A stretch of DNA of 64,000 nucleotides from the human T2T-CHM13v2.0 reference genome, Homo sapiens: the NCBI RefSeq assembly GCF_009914755.1, contig NC_060925.1; one strand, 5' to 3'. A model generated the notes under the pieces. It was given only the letters and a program-made list of their open reading frames with translations, was not told the origin of the DNA and made no database searches. Positions 1-15,616 of this stretch are shown here, piece after piece. A program made the position numbers and the translations under genes. Numbering within the stretch: the first letter of the stretch is position 1; each line of letters starts with the position of its first letter.

Positions 1-628
1 TAGAAGTAATTTCAGTCCTTTTATCAAAATAGAGTCTTTTGCTTAATAAAGACTACATTAAAAAACATGAGGTTTCCTATTTATTTCCTTCTATCTTCTA
101 AGGTCCTTATCATTATGCATGAGGACTTCAGTCTCCAGAATCCACAGGATCATGACAGTTAAGAATGAAATAACTGGAACATCAGGTTAGACACAGGCTA
201 CAATTTACAGCCGCAGCCGAAATAGTGTTTGTAATAGTTTACTACTTGAAATTCAGACTTAAATTACTATTTAGCCACACACTGAAATGTAACAATTTAA
301 ATTCATTAAATTACAGTTAATAGCATCTCAATACCATCTATCATAAATCATTGCATATTTAAAATGACTCTGGTAAACCATTCAATAAATATTTCTTCCT
401 CATATTTTTCACAGCTAAAAATGGATGTTGGGGCATACCAATTCATATACGCCTATTTCTAATAAATGAAGCCGGAGAACAAGAAGTAACTTAACTAAAT
501 TAGCTCCTAAATCAACTTAGTGGTAATCTGGGTAGCTGATTGAAAATAAAGTCCCAAAGAATACTCGTGTATGACAAAAATCAAGAGCCCTAGAAAAGAA
601 ATCAGGACAGTGGGGATCTAGTTACTAA

Positions 629-952
<324 letters not shown>

Positions 953-1194
953 CTCTTGACTATGCTTCCGTTACTGGTGTGAAAAGGAAAATCACTTCAA
1001 CTCCCTGAATATCAGTTCTCCATCAGTCAGATGAAGAGGGTAAAGTTAAGTTTTCTGATGTCTAGTTCCAAAGACTCTATCTTCTTAACTGAATTTTTTT
1101 AGTGTTCTGAGTATCGAATTCTATGTATAGCATTTAACTTTGTGACAGTGACTCTTATAAATATGAAATGGGCACATTTGTCATGACTGTGTTT

Positions 1195-2430
1195 TCAGAC
1201 AGGTTTGTTAACTGAGAAATAATTCACATATCCAATTCACCCATCTAAAGTGTGCAGTAAATGACTTCTAGTGTATTCATAGAGTTATGCAGACATCACC
1301 ACAATCAATTTTAGAACCCTTTCATTACCCAGAAAAAAAACCCTGTACACTTTGGCCGTCACCCTCATCCCAAAATTTCCCATCCCTCCCAGCCTTAGGC
1401 AACCACTAAAGCACTTCTGTATAGATTTGCCAATTCTGGTGTTTAATATAAACGGAATCATGCAATATGTGGTCCTTTGTAAATGGTTTATTTTTTAATG
1501 ACAAAGTATTTTGAAGGTTCATTCATCTTCTAGCATGTTTCAGTACTTTATTTCTGTTTCTACTCCTAGTTATATACCCAAAAGAAATAAAAACGAATAC
1601 TGCCAAAAAAGCTTTTATGTGAATGTTCATAGCAGCATTATGAATGGAAAAATAAAATGTGAGTATATCCATTTGGAATAATGGAATATTATTAGTTAGA
1701 CAATAATTATTAATTATAATTATTATTATTGTAAATTGTAACATTATTAATAGCAATGGAACATTATTTCTGAATAATATTCTCAATGTTATTTCTGAAT
1801 AATATTCTCAATAATCCATTATGTGGATATATTCTCATTTTATTTTTCCATTCATAATGCTGCTATGAACATTCACATAAAAGCTTTTTTGGTAATATTT
1901 GTTTTTATTTCTTTTGGGTGTATAGGTAGGAGTAGAACTGCTGGGTCATACGGTAATTCTGTGGTTAGCTTTTTGAGGAAAATCTTGTCTGTTTTCTAAA
2001 GCGGCTGCTCCGTTGTACATTCCTGCCATCAGCATACCAGAGTTGCAGTGTCGCTACATTCTCATTCTTGCCAACACTTGTTATCGTCTTTGTTTGTTTA
2101 CTGACATCTTAGTGGTTATAAAGTGGTATTTCACTGTGGTTTTCATTTCCATTTCTTTGATTAATAATGTTGAATGTCTTTTCATTTGTTTTTTGGCCAA
2201 TTATGTATATTCTTTAAAAAATGTCAATTCGAAACCTTTGCCCATTTTGAAAATTAGACTTTATGTCTTTTCATTATTGAGTGGTACGAGTTCTTTATAT
2301 AGCTTAGACACAATTCTCTTATCAACCACATGATCTGCAAAAATTCTCTCCCGTTTTGTAGGTTTTCTTTTCACTTTCCTTATGGTGTTTTTGGAACCAG
2401 AAAGTTTTTTATTTTGGTGTGAAGTCCAGT
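1195..2430 (-). mobile_element. Old L1 (L1MB-like) 3' end/ORF2 fragment containing an internal inverted duplication
   Basis: aattcacatat...catcaccacaatcaattttagaac, gctgctatgaacattc and tgctgggtcatacggtaattct resemble the antisense L1M 3' region. Confidence 0.8.
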
Positions 2431-2514
2431 ACACACACACACACACGTATACATACACAGACACACACCTATATAGACACTCTCATTTATATGTGTGTGT
2501 ATATATATATATGT
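2430..2514. repeat. (CA)n/(TA)n/(TG)n compound microsatellite
   Basis: Directly visible dinucleotide runs. Confidence 0.85.
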
Positions 2515-2813
2515 GCCTATACTTTTGCTGTCATATTAAAGAGAGCTTTGTCCAATCTAAGGCTCAATTGAATTTTCAATTTTCACCTCAACATGAACTT
2601 GGAATAAAAAACTCACAATACCAAACATGTGCTTCAGACTGTCAGATAATATTTCAAGTTTACACAATGACATAAAACCTCATGTTATGTTAATTTATGT
2701 ATAACTTTTGGTAGTAAAATGCAAATATAGATGTCTTATACGTATGTATTTTGAGATAATTTAACCGTCAATAACTTTTTATGTTTTATTTTTTTTTATT
2801 TTAGAAGTTTTAG

Positions 2814-3857
<1,044 letters not shown>

Positions 3858-4797
3858 GATTCTTATATTAGTATGTTGCATTTGTCTCAATTAATGAGCC
3901 AACATAGATATAGTATTATTAGCTAATATTCACATATTATTTAAATTTCCTTAGTTTTTATGTAATGTCCTTTTTAACAGAAAACCACACTGCATTTAGT
4001 CACCCTGTCTCCTTACGCTCCTGTTATCTGCAACAGTTTCTCAGACTATCCTTGTTCTTGATTACCTTGTCCTTTTGAAAAGCACTGGTCAGATAGTTTA
4101 TAGAACAATCTTTAGTTGGTATTTGCTTAATGATTTTCTCATGATTAGACTGAGGCTCTGAGTCTCTGGGCGGAAGACTACAGAGGTAGAATGCCATTTT
4201 AATCCATTATAACAAGCATACATTCTATCAATGTGATTTCTTTGTCATGGCATACTGTTATCCTTGATCACAGGGTTGGGGTAGTATTTATCTGATTTCT
4301 CCACTGAAAAGTTATTCTTTTTTCACCTATTCGTACTGTAATCTTTGGAATAAAGTCACTATGCATGGTCCACCTTATGTTCCACTACCTTGAGGGCAGA
4401 ATATCCTCAGATATTATTTGGAATTATTCTGCATAGAAGATTTGTCTATTCTCTCCCAGTTTAAATTACCTGATCATTTATTTGTAGCAGTATGGACTCA
4501 CGCATATTTATTTTATACTTTGGGTTATAATCCACTACTACTTTACTGATTTTTGTCATTCAATTTGTTTCAACTTTGAACATTGGGAGCTTTTGCAGTT
4601 GGATCCTATGTCCCTTAGACATATTATTGTGGGATTTATTTATTTATGTATTTATGTATGTGTGTACATGTTTAGTGCTTTCTTCCTTTCTGGCACTATG
4701 CAATACTATAGACTTACCATGTATACTCTCTGTCCATTCCTACAATCAGGCATTTCTTCCAAGAGCCCTGGTTTCTTTTTATTGGAAAATGGTACTA

Positions 4798-5088
<291 letters not shown>

Positions 5089-5157
5089 TAGTACTAGAAA
5101 GGATCTGGGCTCTAGGTAGACTGGTTGTGAACAAGGGTCTTTGCTTCTGGAATCTAT

Positions 5158-5537
5158 CAGCTGATATCCAATGATGTTTTGGTCAGTGACCAACTGCATT
5201 TATGATGGTGGACCCATAAGATTATAATGGAGCTGAAAAATTCTTAGCGCCTACTCACATTGTAGACATGGTAACGTCATAAGGCAATGCATTACCTTTT
5301 CTGTGGTTGATACATTTAGATACACAAATACTCACAATTGTGTTACAGTTGCCTACAGTATTCGGTGCAGTAACACACTGTACAGATGTGTAGCTTAGGA
5401 GGAATAGGCTATACCATATAGCCTACATGTGTAGTAGGCTACACCACCTAGTTTGTGTAAGTATATTCCATGATTTTTGCACAATGATGAAATGCATTTC
5501 TCAGAATGTATCCCTGTCACTAAGTAATACAGGAATG
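5158..5537 (+). mobile_element. Tigger3a/MER7A-like TcMar-Tigger non-autonomous DNA transposon
   Basis: gatggtggacccataagattataatggagctgaaaaattc...gcatttctcagaatgtatccctgtc resembles Tigger3/MER7; a related copy lies at 60973-61325. Confidence 0.85.
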
Positions 5538-6463
5538 TATATGTATCCATATGTAACTATATTAAGCTAAACATGGGGTAATATTAAGGTCTCCAACTAA
5601 AATTCACCACCACATTGATCATCCTAGCTTTTTTTCTTGCTTATCTGTAATCTCCCACTCCAGCAGTCACAAAACATGGCTGTCACCATCTGTGATCCAT
5701 TTATTTACTCAGTTCTGGTGTACATGTACAGTGGGTTCAGAACTCCTTAGCCATACATTTACAGGGAATACCCTTATTAACCACAAATGATTTCCAAAGT
5801 TGCTTAGGTCAGCACTGATTCCCTTTAGTGAGATTTTAATAGTATACATAGTAAGATCCTTTTGTCACACTCTCCATGTCGTACTGAGAACCTCCAATCT
5901 TCTAAATATATATTTTAAATTTGCATACATTAATAGTCACTCTGTGTGTAAAGGTCTATGTGTTTTGACAAATTCACCATGCCGTGTGTCCACATCAGGC
6001 TCCTACAGAATAATTTTCACACTCTAAAGTAATCCCCTTAGCTTCACCAAGTTAACCCGACTGTACTTTGAACCCTGCCAAACACTGCTCTGTTTACCAT
6101 CTGCACGGTTCTGTCTTGACACAGAAATGTAATTATAAAGGATATAATTTTTTCATGCTGTCTTCTTTCAATTAAAAATAAACATATAATATGTATCCAT
6201 GTATTTTCATGACTTGGTAGCTCATTCCTTTTTATCTATGAGTAATATTCCACTGTATGGTGTACCATAGTTGTCCATCAACTTATTGTAGGACATCTTT
6301 GTTGCCTCCAAGTTTTGGCAATTATGAATAAAGCGGCTATAAAATTTTGCTTACAAGCATTTATATGAACATAAGTTTTCAAATAAGTTGGGAGAATACC
6401 AAAACGTGTGATTGCTGGATGTTATGGTAATACTATGCTTAGCTTTGTAAGAAACTGCCGATA

Positions 6464-6835
<372 letters not shown>

Positions 6836-6927
6836 TTAATGAAAGTTCCAGTTGGGTCTTCACCAATTAATATTTTCTGTATGTTTTGTTTTGTTTAATG
6901 TTAGCCATTCTATGTAGTGTTATTTAG

Positions 6928-7288
<361 letters not shown>

Positions 7289-10050
7289 TGGATATATTTT
7301 TTAATGGTTATTTTTTATCTATCATCTAACTGTTTATCTATTGATATCATGTTGCTGATGTGGATAGTTAAATTTTTGCCAATTGTTTAGTTGTGTTGTT
7401 CATTTTTTATTATGGAGTTTTAAGAGTTCTTTCTGTAGTTTATACACAGATCTTTTGTCAGATATATGTTATTCAAATATTTTCTCCTAGTCTGTGGTTT
7501 AACTTTTCAATCTCTTAACTCTGTACTTCATTTGTCAGAAGTTTACATTTTAATCGATTCTAACATCATTTTCCCCTTTACTATTGAAATTGTTGTGTTG
7601 AATCTAAAGTCTCATCACCAAACCAGAGGTCACATAAATAAGTTTTTTCTCCTTTGTTTTCTTCTAGAAGTTTTCAAGTTTTGCATTTTCAAGTTAATGA
7701 TTCAGTTTAATTTTAGTATAAGGTGTGGATTCTATGCCTAGATTGATTTATTTGTTTTTGCATGAGTGTCCAAGTCCAATTGTTCCAGTAGTTTTTTGAA
7801 AACACCATACTTTCTCCATTGAAGTGCCTTTGCTCATTTGTCAAAAATCACTTAGCTATATTTTTATCAGTCTATTTCTGGGCTCTCTCTGTGTTCCACA
7901 GTTGTGTGTCTATTCTTTCATCAAAACCATGTTGTCTTGATTTCTGTAAGTTTTACAATGTCTTAAAATCAGGTAGTGGGGGTCTTCCAACTTTGTTCTT
8001 TCTAGATATTGTGTTAATTATTCTTGATATTTTGTCTTTCCATACACATTTTACAATCAGTTTGTCTATATTTACTCATAGTTTGCTGGAATTTTGACAA
8101 TGTGTGCAAGGAGTCTACAGATGAAGTTGGATAGGACTGACGTTTAACCAATCTTGTGTCTTCCAATCTATTTAGTAATATTTAATTTTTTCATCAGTGT
8201 TTCATAGTTTCCACATATTTATTTTGTTAATACTGTATTTTGGTGCTACTATGTGTTTTGTGTTTTTTTTTAATTTTCAAATTTCAATTACTCATTGCTG
8301 GTATATAGAGGAACAACTGACTTCTGTATATTGACCTTGTTATTTTTCCTTATTTATTTCAGTTTTGTTTTGTTTTGTTTTCCTGGGCAGAGATTTGGGT
8401 AGGGTAGATACTTTTGAGTTTTCTATATAGACAATAATATCTGTAGGATGTTGAATAGGAATTGTGAAAGAGGACATCATTGCTTTGTTCCCAGTCCAGA
8501 AGAGAAAGAGTTTCTCACTATTAAGTATCATATTAACTATAAGATTTTTATATATTTTAAAAATCAAGTCGAGAACTTCTGTCTATTCCTAGTACTCCAA
8601 GAGTTTTATTATGAATGGACGTTGAATTTTTTCAGATGATTTTAATGTCAAATTATATGCTTATGCAATTTTCTTTTTTAGCCTGTGGATTACATTAGTG
8701 ATTTACTAATGTTGAACCTGTCTTGAATACCTGGAATAAATCCTGCTTGATTATGGTGTGTAATGATTGTCATACATTATTGGATTTGGTTTGATAATTT
8801 GTAGAGGACTTTTATGTCTGTATGCATGAGAAAGATTGGTATGTAGTTTTCTTTTCCTGTAATGTCTTTATCTGATTTTTGTATTAAAATAATTTGGAAT
8901 TAAGACAATTTTGGAATTAAGATAATTGTAGCCTCATAGAATAAGTCAGGAAGTATTCCTTTTGCTCCATTTCTGAGGAAAATTGGTATTATTTCTTCAT
9001 AAATGTCTGATAGAATGCAGCAATGAAATTATTTGGATCTGGTGTTTTTTTATTTTTAAAGCTTATTACTTTTTGATTCGATTTATTTGGCAAGTATAGA
9101 GCTGCTTATATTAATATTTCTCCTAATATGAGTTTTGATTGTTTATGTCTTTTAAGAAATGGGTCCATTTAAGTTATCAAATGTATGGGAATGTAATTGT
9201 TCACAATATTCCTTTATTAGTCCTTTAAAATCCCTGAAATTATTAGTAGTGATGCCTCCTCTTTCATAACTGATTTCAATAATTTATGTCTTTCTCTCTC
9301 GTCATGGTTATCCTGGCTAGAGGTTTATTTATTTTATTGATCTTTTCAAAAAACAATGTTTTAATTTCCTTGATTTTTTACATTGTTTTTGTTTTAAAAT
9401 CATTGAATATTGCTTAATTTTTTTATTTTCTTCTGCTTGCTTTAAGCTTTATTAAGTCTTTTCCCTCACTTTCCTGAGAAAGAGGCTAAGTTGTTAATTT
9501 TAGATCTTAATTATTTTTAATTTATAAGTTTAGTGCTATAAATTTCTATCTAGGCACTGTTTTTGCAGGAGCTCACAAATGTTCTGTTGTACTTTTGATT
9601 CCATTTAGCACACTATATTTTTCTCTTTATCTTCAGATTATCTTATTTACTTAATATCTTATTATCTATATCTTATTTAGAAATATGTTGCTTAATCTCT
9701 ATTTATTTTTGGATTTTCCAAATATCTTTCTGTTACTGATTTTCAGTTTAACTCCATTGCACAGAAAGTACATACTTTGTATAATTTCCACAGTTTTAAT
9801 TGGCTGAAGGGTCTTTTATGACCCAGGATGGGCTTTATTTATATTGGTGAATATTGTATGCAAGCTTGAGAATGTATATTCTGCTCCTGTTGAATGGGAT
9901 ATTCTACAAATGTCAATTAGATTAAATTCATTGATGGTGCTTTTCAAATCCCCTGTATTCTTACTGATTTTCTGCCTGCTTGATCTATTGAACACTGACT
10001 AAGGGGTGCCGAAGTCTCTAATTATAATAGTGGAATTATCAATTTCTCCT

Positions 10051-10327
10051 TTTATGTATGTATGTATGTATGTATTTATTTTGAGACAAAGCCTCACTCT
10101 GTTGCCCAGTCTGGAGTGCAGTGGCGTGATCTCAGCTCACTGCAAACTTCACCTCCTGAGTTCAAGTGATTCTCCTGCCTCAGCTTCCTGAGTAGTTGGG
10201 ATTACAGGCATGTGCCACCACGCCCAGCTAATTTTTGTATTTTAGTGGAGATGGGGTTTTGCCACATTGGCCAGGCTGGTCTCAGACTCCTGACCTCGGG
10301 TGATCCACCCACCTTGGCCCCGCAACG
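10051..10327 (-). mobile_element. Alu (AluS), 5' end missing
   Basis: (TATG)n tail and antisense body ending at ccttggccccgcaacgtg. Confidence 0.9.
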
Positions 10328-11007
10328 TGTCATTTATTTTCATGTTCTATTGTTAAAGGCATATACATTTTGTAGCGTTATGTAGATCCAAGTCTCTTAC
10401 CTGTATCATTTCTTTCCATTTGAAGAACGTGTAACTTTATTGTAGAAAGATCTGCTGGTAATTAGTTTGTGTTAGTCTGAATGAGTCTTTATTTCTCCTT
10501 TAATTTTAAAGCACAATTTCTGTAGGTATAGCTATAGATCTAGGTTGGTGGGGTATTTTTTTCTTTTAAGAAGATAAGCGTTCTATTCTACTCTCTTCTT
10601 GTTTACATTGCTTCCAATAGATGTGTAACTTCCAATTCTTTCCCTTCTACAGTTAACATTTCTCTCTTCATCTCAAGATATTCACTACTGGTATTTAAGT
10701 CATACCCATGTTACACCTTTTAAAATTGTCCTAAAATGATTTCATGTTCTATCATGTTTTTCCCCATTCTTTTTTTCACTTTGCATTTCTGTTTGGGAAG
10801 TTTCTATTGACCTATCTTCAGGTTCACTGACTCTTTCCTTGGTCCTGTCAAATCTACTAATGAGCCTGTTAAAGGCACCCTTTACTTCTGTTAGTATACT
10901 TTTTATTTCTAGTATTTCCTTTTAAAACCTTGTTAGAGTTTTCATCTTGCTGTCTGCTTGCATTGCCCATTTGTTTTTAAACTTTGTTAATTTTTTTGTT
11001 AGAGCCC

Positions 11008-11368
11008 CATATTAGTTTGTTCTCACACTGCTAATAAAGACATACCCGAGGCTGAGTAATTTATAAAGAAAAAGAGGTTTAACAGACTTACAGTTCCACA
11101 TGGCAGCGGAGGCCTCACAATCACGGCAGAAGGCAAAGGAGGAGAAAGTCGTGTCTTAAGTGGTGGCAGGCAAGAGAGAGCGTGTGCAGGGGAACTCCCC
11201 TTTATAAAACCATCAGATCTCATGAGACTTATTCACTATCACAAGAACAGCCTTGGAAAGGCCTGTCCCCATGATTTAATTACCTCCCACTGGGTCCCTC
11301 TCATGACACATGGAAATTATGGGAGCTGCAATTAGAGATTTGAGTGGGGATACAGCCAAACCATATCC
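11008..11368 (-). mobile_element. THE1 (ERVL-MaLR) solo LTR
   Basis: cacactgctaataaagacatacccgag...aaaaccatcagatctcatgagac...cagccaaaccatatc; 5-bp TSD agccc at 11003-11007 and 11369-11373. Confidence 0.92.
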
Positions 11369-12264
11369 AGCCCTTGACCAACTAATCATAATTTAAAATA
11401 TTTATCTTATAACTTCATCATCTGTGTCATAGCTGAGTCTGGTTCTGAACCTTTTTTGTGTCTCCGATTTTTTTTTTTTTTTTTGCCATTTAGCAAGTCT
11501 TGTAATATTTTCAAGTTAATATACTGTTTAGTTAATAGGAACTAAGGAACTGAGGTACATAGGTGAATAGAGGGGGGACTTCTGTTAATTTGTCTAAGAT
11601 TTAGCCTATATTTAGTATCTGCTGTAGCTAAGGTGGCAGAGGCTTCATCTTTCTCTAATGTCCCTATCTGTATTCCCTTTCTTACCTTTCAGCTTCCGTA
11701 AGTACTCTTCTTCCGAGAGTCTGTCCTGCAGCTCTTTCATCTATAATCTTGTTTTATTTTACTGAAGGTCTGTCACTGTGGTGGAAAGTTGTGGCAGAGG
11801 GGGAATGTTTTATAATCTTATGAGTAATCTTGGTCTTTAAATGGGCCTGTGTCTCTGGCCTATAACCTTCACATATGTTTCTCTGGTGATTTTTGTTTGT
11901 TTGTTTCATTTTTGGGCCCTCATTCCCTCTACTCTCTTCCCATACTGCAGTCTTCCCAGTCTATTTTTTTGAATTTTTGCCTTCCCATTGACTATATTTT
12001 TATCCTTCCATAAGAGAGACAGAAAGGCTAAAGTGGACAGGAGTAGAAGGAATAATGGATAATCCTTGGCCAAAGCCATTTACCCTAGAAAGAAGGTCTC
12101 TGTTAAGGAGAAAGGTCAGATATGTTTCACAATGATTACTCTTTCCCTCCCTCTGACAGAGCCAGGAGGTGAACTTTGTTCTTCACTATGAGAGCCTGGT
12201 GTGGTTCCTAGAGTTAAAACCCATGGAAACTTGGCCTACAAGCCTATGGTCCTCTGGAGACTCT

Positions 12265-12428
12265 CACTTTCCACACCAGTCCACTTCCACACCAGTCCAC
12301 TTCCACACCAGTCCACTTCCACGCCAGTCCACTTCCACACCAGTCCACTTCCACGCCAGTCCACTTCCACACCAGTCTACTTCCACACCAGTCCACTTCC
12401 AGTGATTTATCACACCTGTCCACTTCCA
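12265..12428. repeat. 16-bp minisatellite (CACTTCCACACCAGTC)n, about 8 full copies plus degenerate copies
   Basis: Directly visible; variants CACTTCCACGCCAGTC and TACTTCCACACCAGTC. Confidence 0.95.
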
Positions 12429-13076
12429 GCAATTTATCAAAATTACCATTTAAGTGCTCACTGGTTTATGGCTACGGTAGCTTCAATTCCAGTTAAGGAA
12501 ATCTCATCTACGTCTCTCTGGATGAATCTGTTTCTCCAGATTTTAGAATGGCTATTTGCCCTGCAATCTCATTTCTTTGATAGGTCCGTGATAAGTCATT
12601 GCCCAGTTTTTTTTTTATATGAGAAGGGATTACTTCCAAGGACTTTGAAGCTAAAACCAATAGTACCACCATGATTTTATTTAAAAAAAAATAAGAGAAC
12701 AGTAAAGATAAGGTAATATGTATTCTTGATCCTCAGCAAGATACAAAGAGACATAGAAAGAGAGATGAACACACAGAAAGAGAGAGAGATCCTTTAAAGA
12801 TACACACACAGAAAGATAAACACACAGAAAGAGAGAGAGATCCTTTAAAGACTGTGGTACTTTAAATACTAAAACACTAGACACCACAGGCTTGATCAGG
12901 CTTCATCATGAAGTCATGATTATTTGTGGATATTAATAGAGTAAAATGTGAATAGCTCATAAAGAGTTAATTTATATAATGAATAGAAATATAACAACAG
13001 GGATCTACAACATGTAAGTCAAAGACATAGGCAGATGAGATATAATAATAGAAATAAATAATTTTTATATTCTACC

Positions 13077-13696
13077 TCTGTTGATTTGATGGACACACTG
13101 TAAGCTGATCCTTGATAATTCCTTTTTCCTAGTGTCTACATTTGATTGTAATTCCTTCCTATTAATGTGAGTGGATTATGTGACTTCCTTCTAACCAATA
13201 ATATAGATTAATAGTACAGGTGATAAGATGCCACTTCCATGATTCCATTATACCTTATAAAAAATACTGTCTTTGCAGACTAGTGGGACACTCCCCTGCT
13301 GAACCTGAAAAAGCAAGGTACTATGACATACTACATACCACCTATGCAGAGGAACATGTGACAAGAAGCTATGGTAGTCTATTCCAGCCTTAGGCAGGAC
13401 CTGAGGGTGACCCCCAAGCAACAGTTTGCAAAAAGCAGGGTACTCAGTCCTGCTGAAGACATGGATGCTTCCAACTCCCTGGTTTAGCTTGGATATGGAT
13501 TCTTCCCCATCCGACCATCCAGATGAAAACACACCCAGGCTAATACCTTGATTGCAACTGCAGCCTTTTGACATGTTGTGTAGAGAGTCCCGCTACACCA
13601 TGCCAGACTTCTGACCCACAGAAACTGTGAGGGGATAAGCACACATTTTGTGGTATGTTTGTGGTAATTTGTTACACAGCAATAAAAAGCCAGTGT
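13077..13696 (+). mobile_element. MLT1 (MLT1E-like) MaLR LTR
   Basis: gtgacttccttctaaccaata...gacttctgacccacagaaactgtgag...tttgtggtaatttgttacacagcaata. Confidence 0.8.
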
Positions 13697-13999
13697 AGTT
13701 GATAACATAAATGTTTATGGGATAGTCTTTTTGAGAAAATAAAAAACTTAAATTTAAGGGAAAGAAGGGAAAAAAAAGAAAATTAGAGATCCAGTTTGAC
13801 TTTTATATTGTGAGATTATTGTTTATATTAAAAGGAAACCGGAAAATAAGTGTAGTATACATTAAAATCTAAAGACTATAAATGTAAATTTTGTTTTTAT
13901 GCTGTAGAAGACTCAGTTGCTTTATGCAGTGATTATGACTTTCATGGCATATTGGAAAGAGGAACGCTACAGGCTCTGGGTAGATATGACCTATAGGAG

Positions 14000-14310
14000 C
14001 TGTCATTGCTGCTTCCCAAATGTTTCCAACCTTCTGAATTACGCTTCCTGACCTCCCTGTGAGTCAAGAATGGGACCATACAACCTCATTGACCGTGATC
14101 ATATGATTGTCAGGGTAAGGGACATGGTTCAGCTGTATGCTAAAGCATTTAATTGCTGTTTTAAGATTTCTTGTTCCCTCTGTTACAAAAAATAGTGGAC
14201 TTGGAGATGTTACGTTCTCTATTGCCCTGGATCCTTAAAAAATTGGGATAAGCAGGTGTCTGTTATCAGTCCATAATGGGCATGTCACATGAAATTACTC
14301 AACTTTTATT
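14000..14310 (+). mobile_element. Degraded MLT1-like LTR fragment
   Basis: Weak resemblance (acgcttcctgacctccctgtgag, aaagcatttaattgctg). Confidence 0.4.
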
Positions 14311-14393
14311 ATGTTTCCTCAAGGATACAGTGGGAGAAATAATAATATCTCGCTCTTAAGGTTATTAGGACTAAATGAAGTAAGTCAAATTTT

Positions 14394-15305
14394 TTAGAGT
14401 AATGTCTTCCAGGCTCATACATGTTGTCACAATGGCATGATTTCCTTCTCGTTAAAGGCTGACTAACATTCTATTCTGTATATATGCTATATTTTCTTAC
14501 TTACATTTAAAGTATTGTATTCCATTCTAAAGTCAAGTATTCCATTCTGTATATATGCCTTATTTTTTATATGCTGTTCATCTGGTGATTAGCACTCACA
14601 TTGATTCTATCTTGGTTATTGTCAATAATACTGCACTAAACATGGGAGAGTAGCTAGCCCTTCAACGTATTGATTTAAGTTTTATTTTATATGCCCCCAG
14701 AAGTGGGATTGCTGGGTCATATGGTAGTTCTATTTCTAGTTTTTTGAAGAACCTCCACAGCATTTTCCTTAACGGCTGTACTAATTTACATTCCCACTAT
14801 CAGCTTACAAGTGTTCCCTTTTCTACAATTTTGCCAACACTTATCTTTCATATTTGAGAGAAATAAGCTAAGCACAGAAAGACAGATATCACATGATCTC
14901 ATTTTTATGTGGAATCTAAAAAAGTCCAACTCATGAAAGTAGAGAGTAGAATAATGGTTACCACATGCTGGGGGCAAGGTCAAGAGGAAAGGAATAGGAA
15001 GCTGTTGGTCAGAGGGCACAAAGTTTCAGCTAGATAGGGGGATGAGTTTTGAGATCTATTGCACACTGGGTTGAGCACAGTTAATAACAATGTGTTGTAT
15101 ATTTCAAAATAACTAAGAGTGCACATTTCAAAAGTCTCATCACAAACATGGATAAGTAAGTGAGGTGATGAGTATATTAATTAGGTTGATTTAATAATTC
15201 TACATTGTATCCATGTATTAAATCTTCACATTGTACACCATAAATTTATGCAAGTATGATTTGTCAATTGAAAATAACATTAATAACAAAGATAAATTAA
15301 AAAAT
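14394..15305 (+). mobile_element. 5'-inverted (twin-primed) L1MA-like element: 14394-14857 antisense, 14858-15305 sense
   Basis: Antisense block ends, in L1 sense, at ...gagcctggaagacatta; sense block starts gaaataagctaagcacagaaagac, the next L1 sequence; A-rich 3' end; MIR-like sequence on both flanks. Confidence 0.8.
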
Positions 15306-15575
15306 AGAACAGTACAGTTCTTGGTATGTAGCAGATATTGTTGCTGTTGTCATCATCATAGTACCCTGACACCCGCTTGCTTCTGAAATCTGGTATTTGG
15401 CCAAGATAAAAAGACAAAGAATTCAAAGAGCACACAATTCAAACCAGCGTGTCTGAAGTTGCCTACAAAGGAGTTCCTAAAGTTGATTTTAGAATATCCT
15501 TTCTTATTCCAGGGACTTGCATTTGATTGGATTTTATAAACAGTCTTGAATTGGCTGTTGAATTCCAAAGAAAAG

Positions 15576-15578
<3 letters not shown>

Positions 15579-15614
<36 letters not shown>
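15579..15614. repeat. (GT)n microsatellite, about 18 units
   Basis: Direct observation. Confidence 0.95.

Positions 15615-15616
<2 letters not shown>

Noticed and set aside
12265-12428. Possible CRISPR-like array
   Set aside because: Units are head-to-tail with no unique spacers, there are no cas genes, and the DNA is primate.
12169-12674. Repetitive ORFs (STPVHFHTSPLP...) in several frames
   Set aside because: They are translations of the stop-free 16-bp minisatellite.
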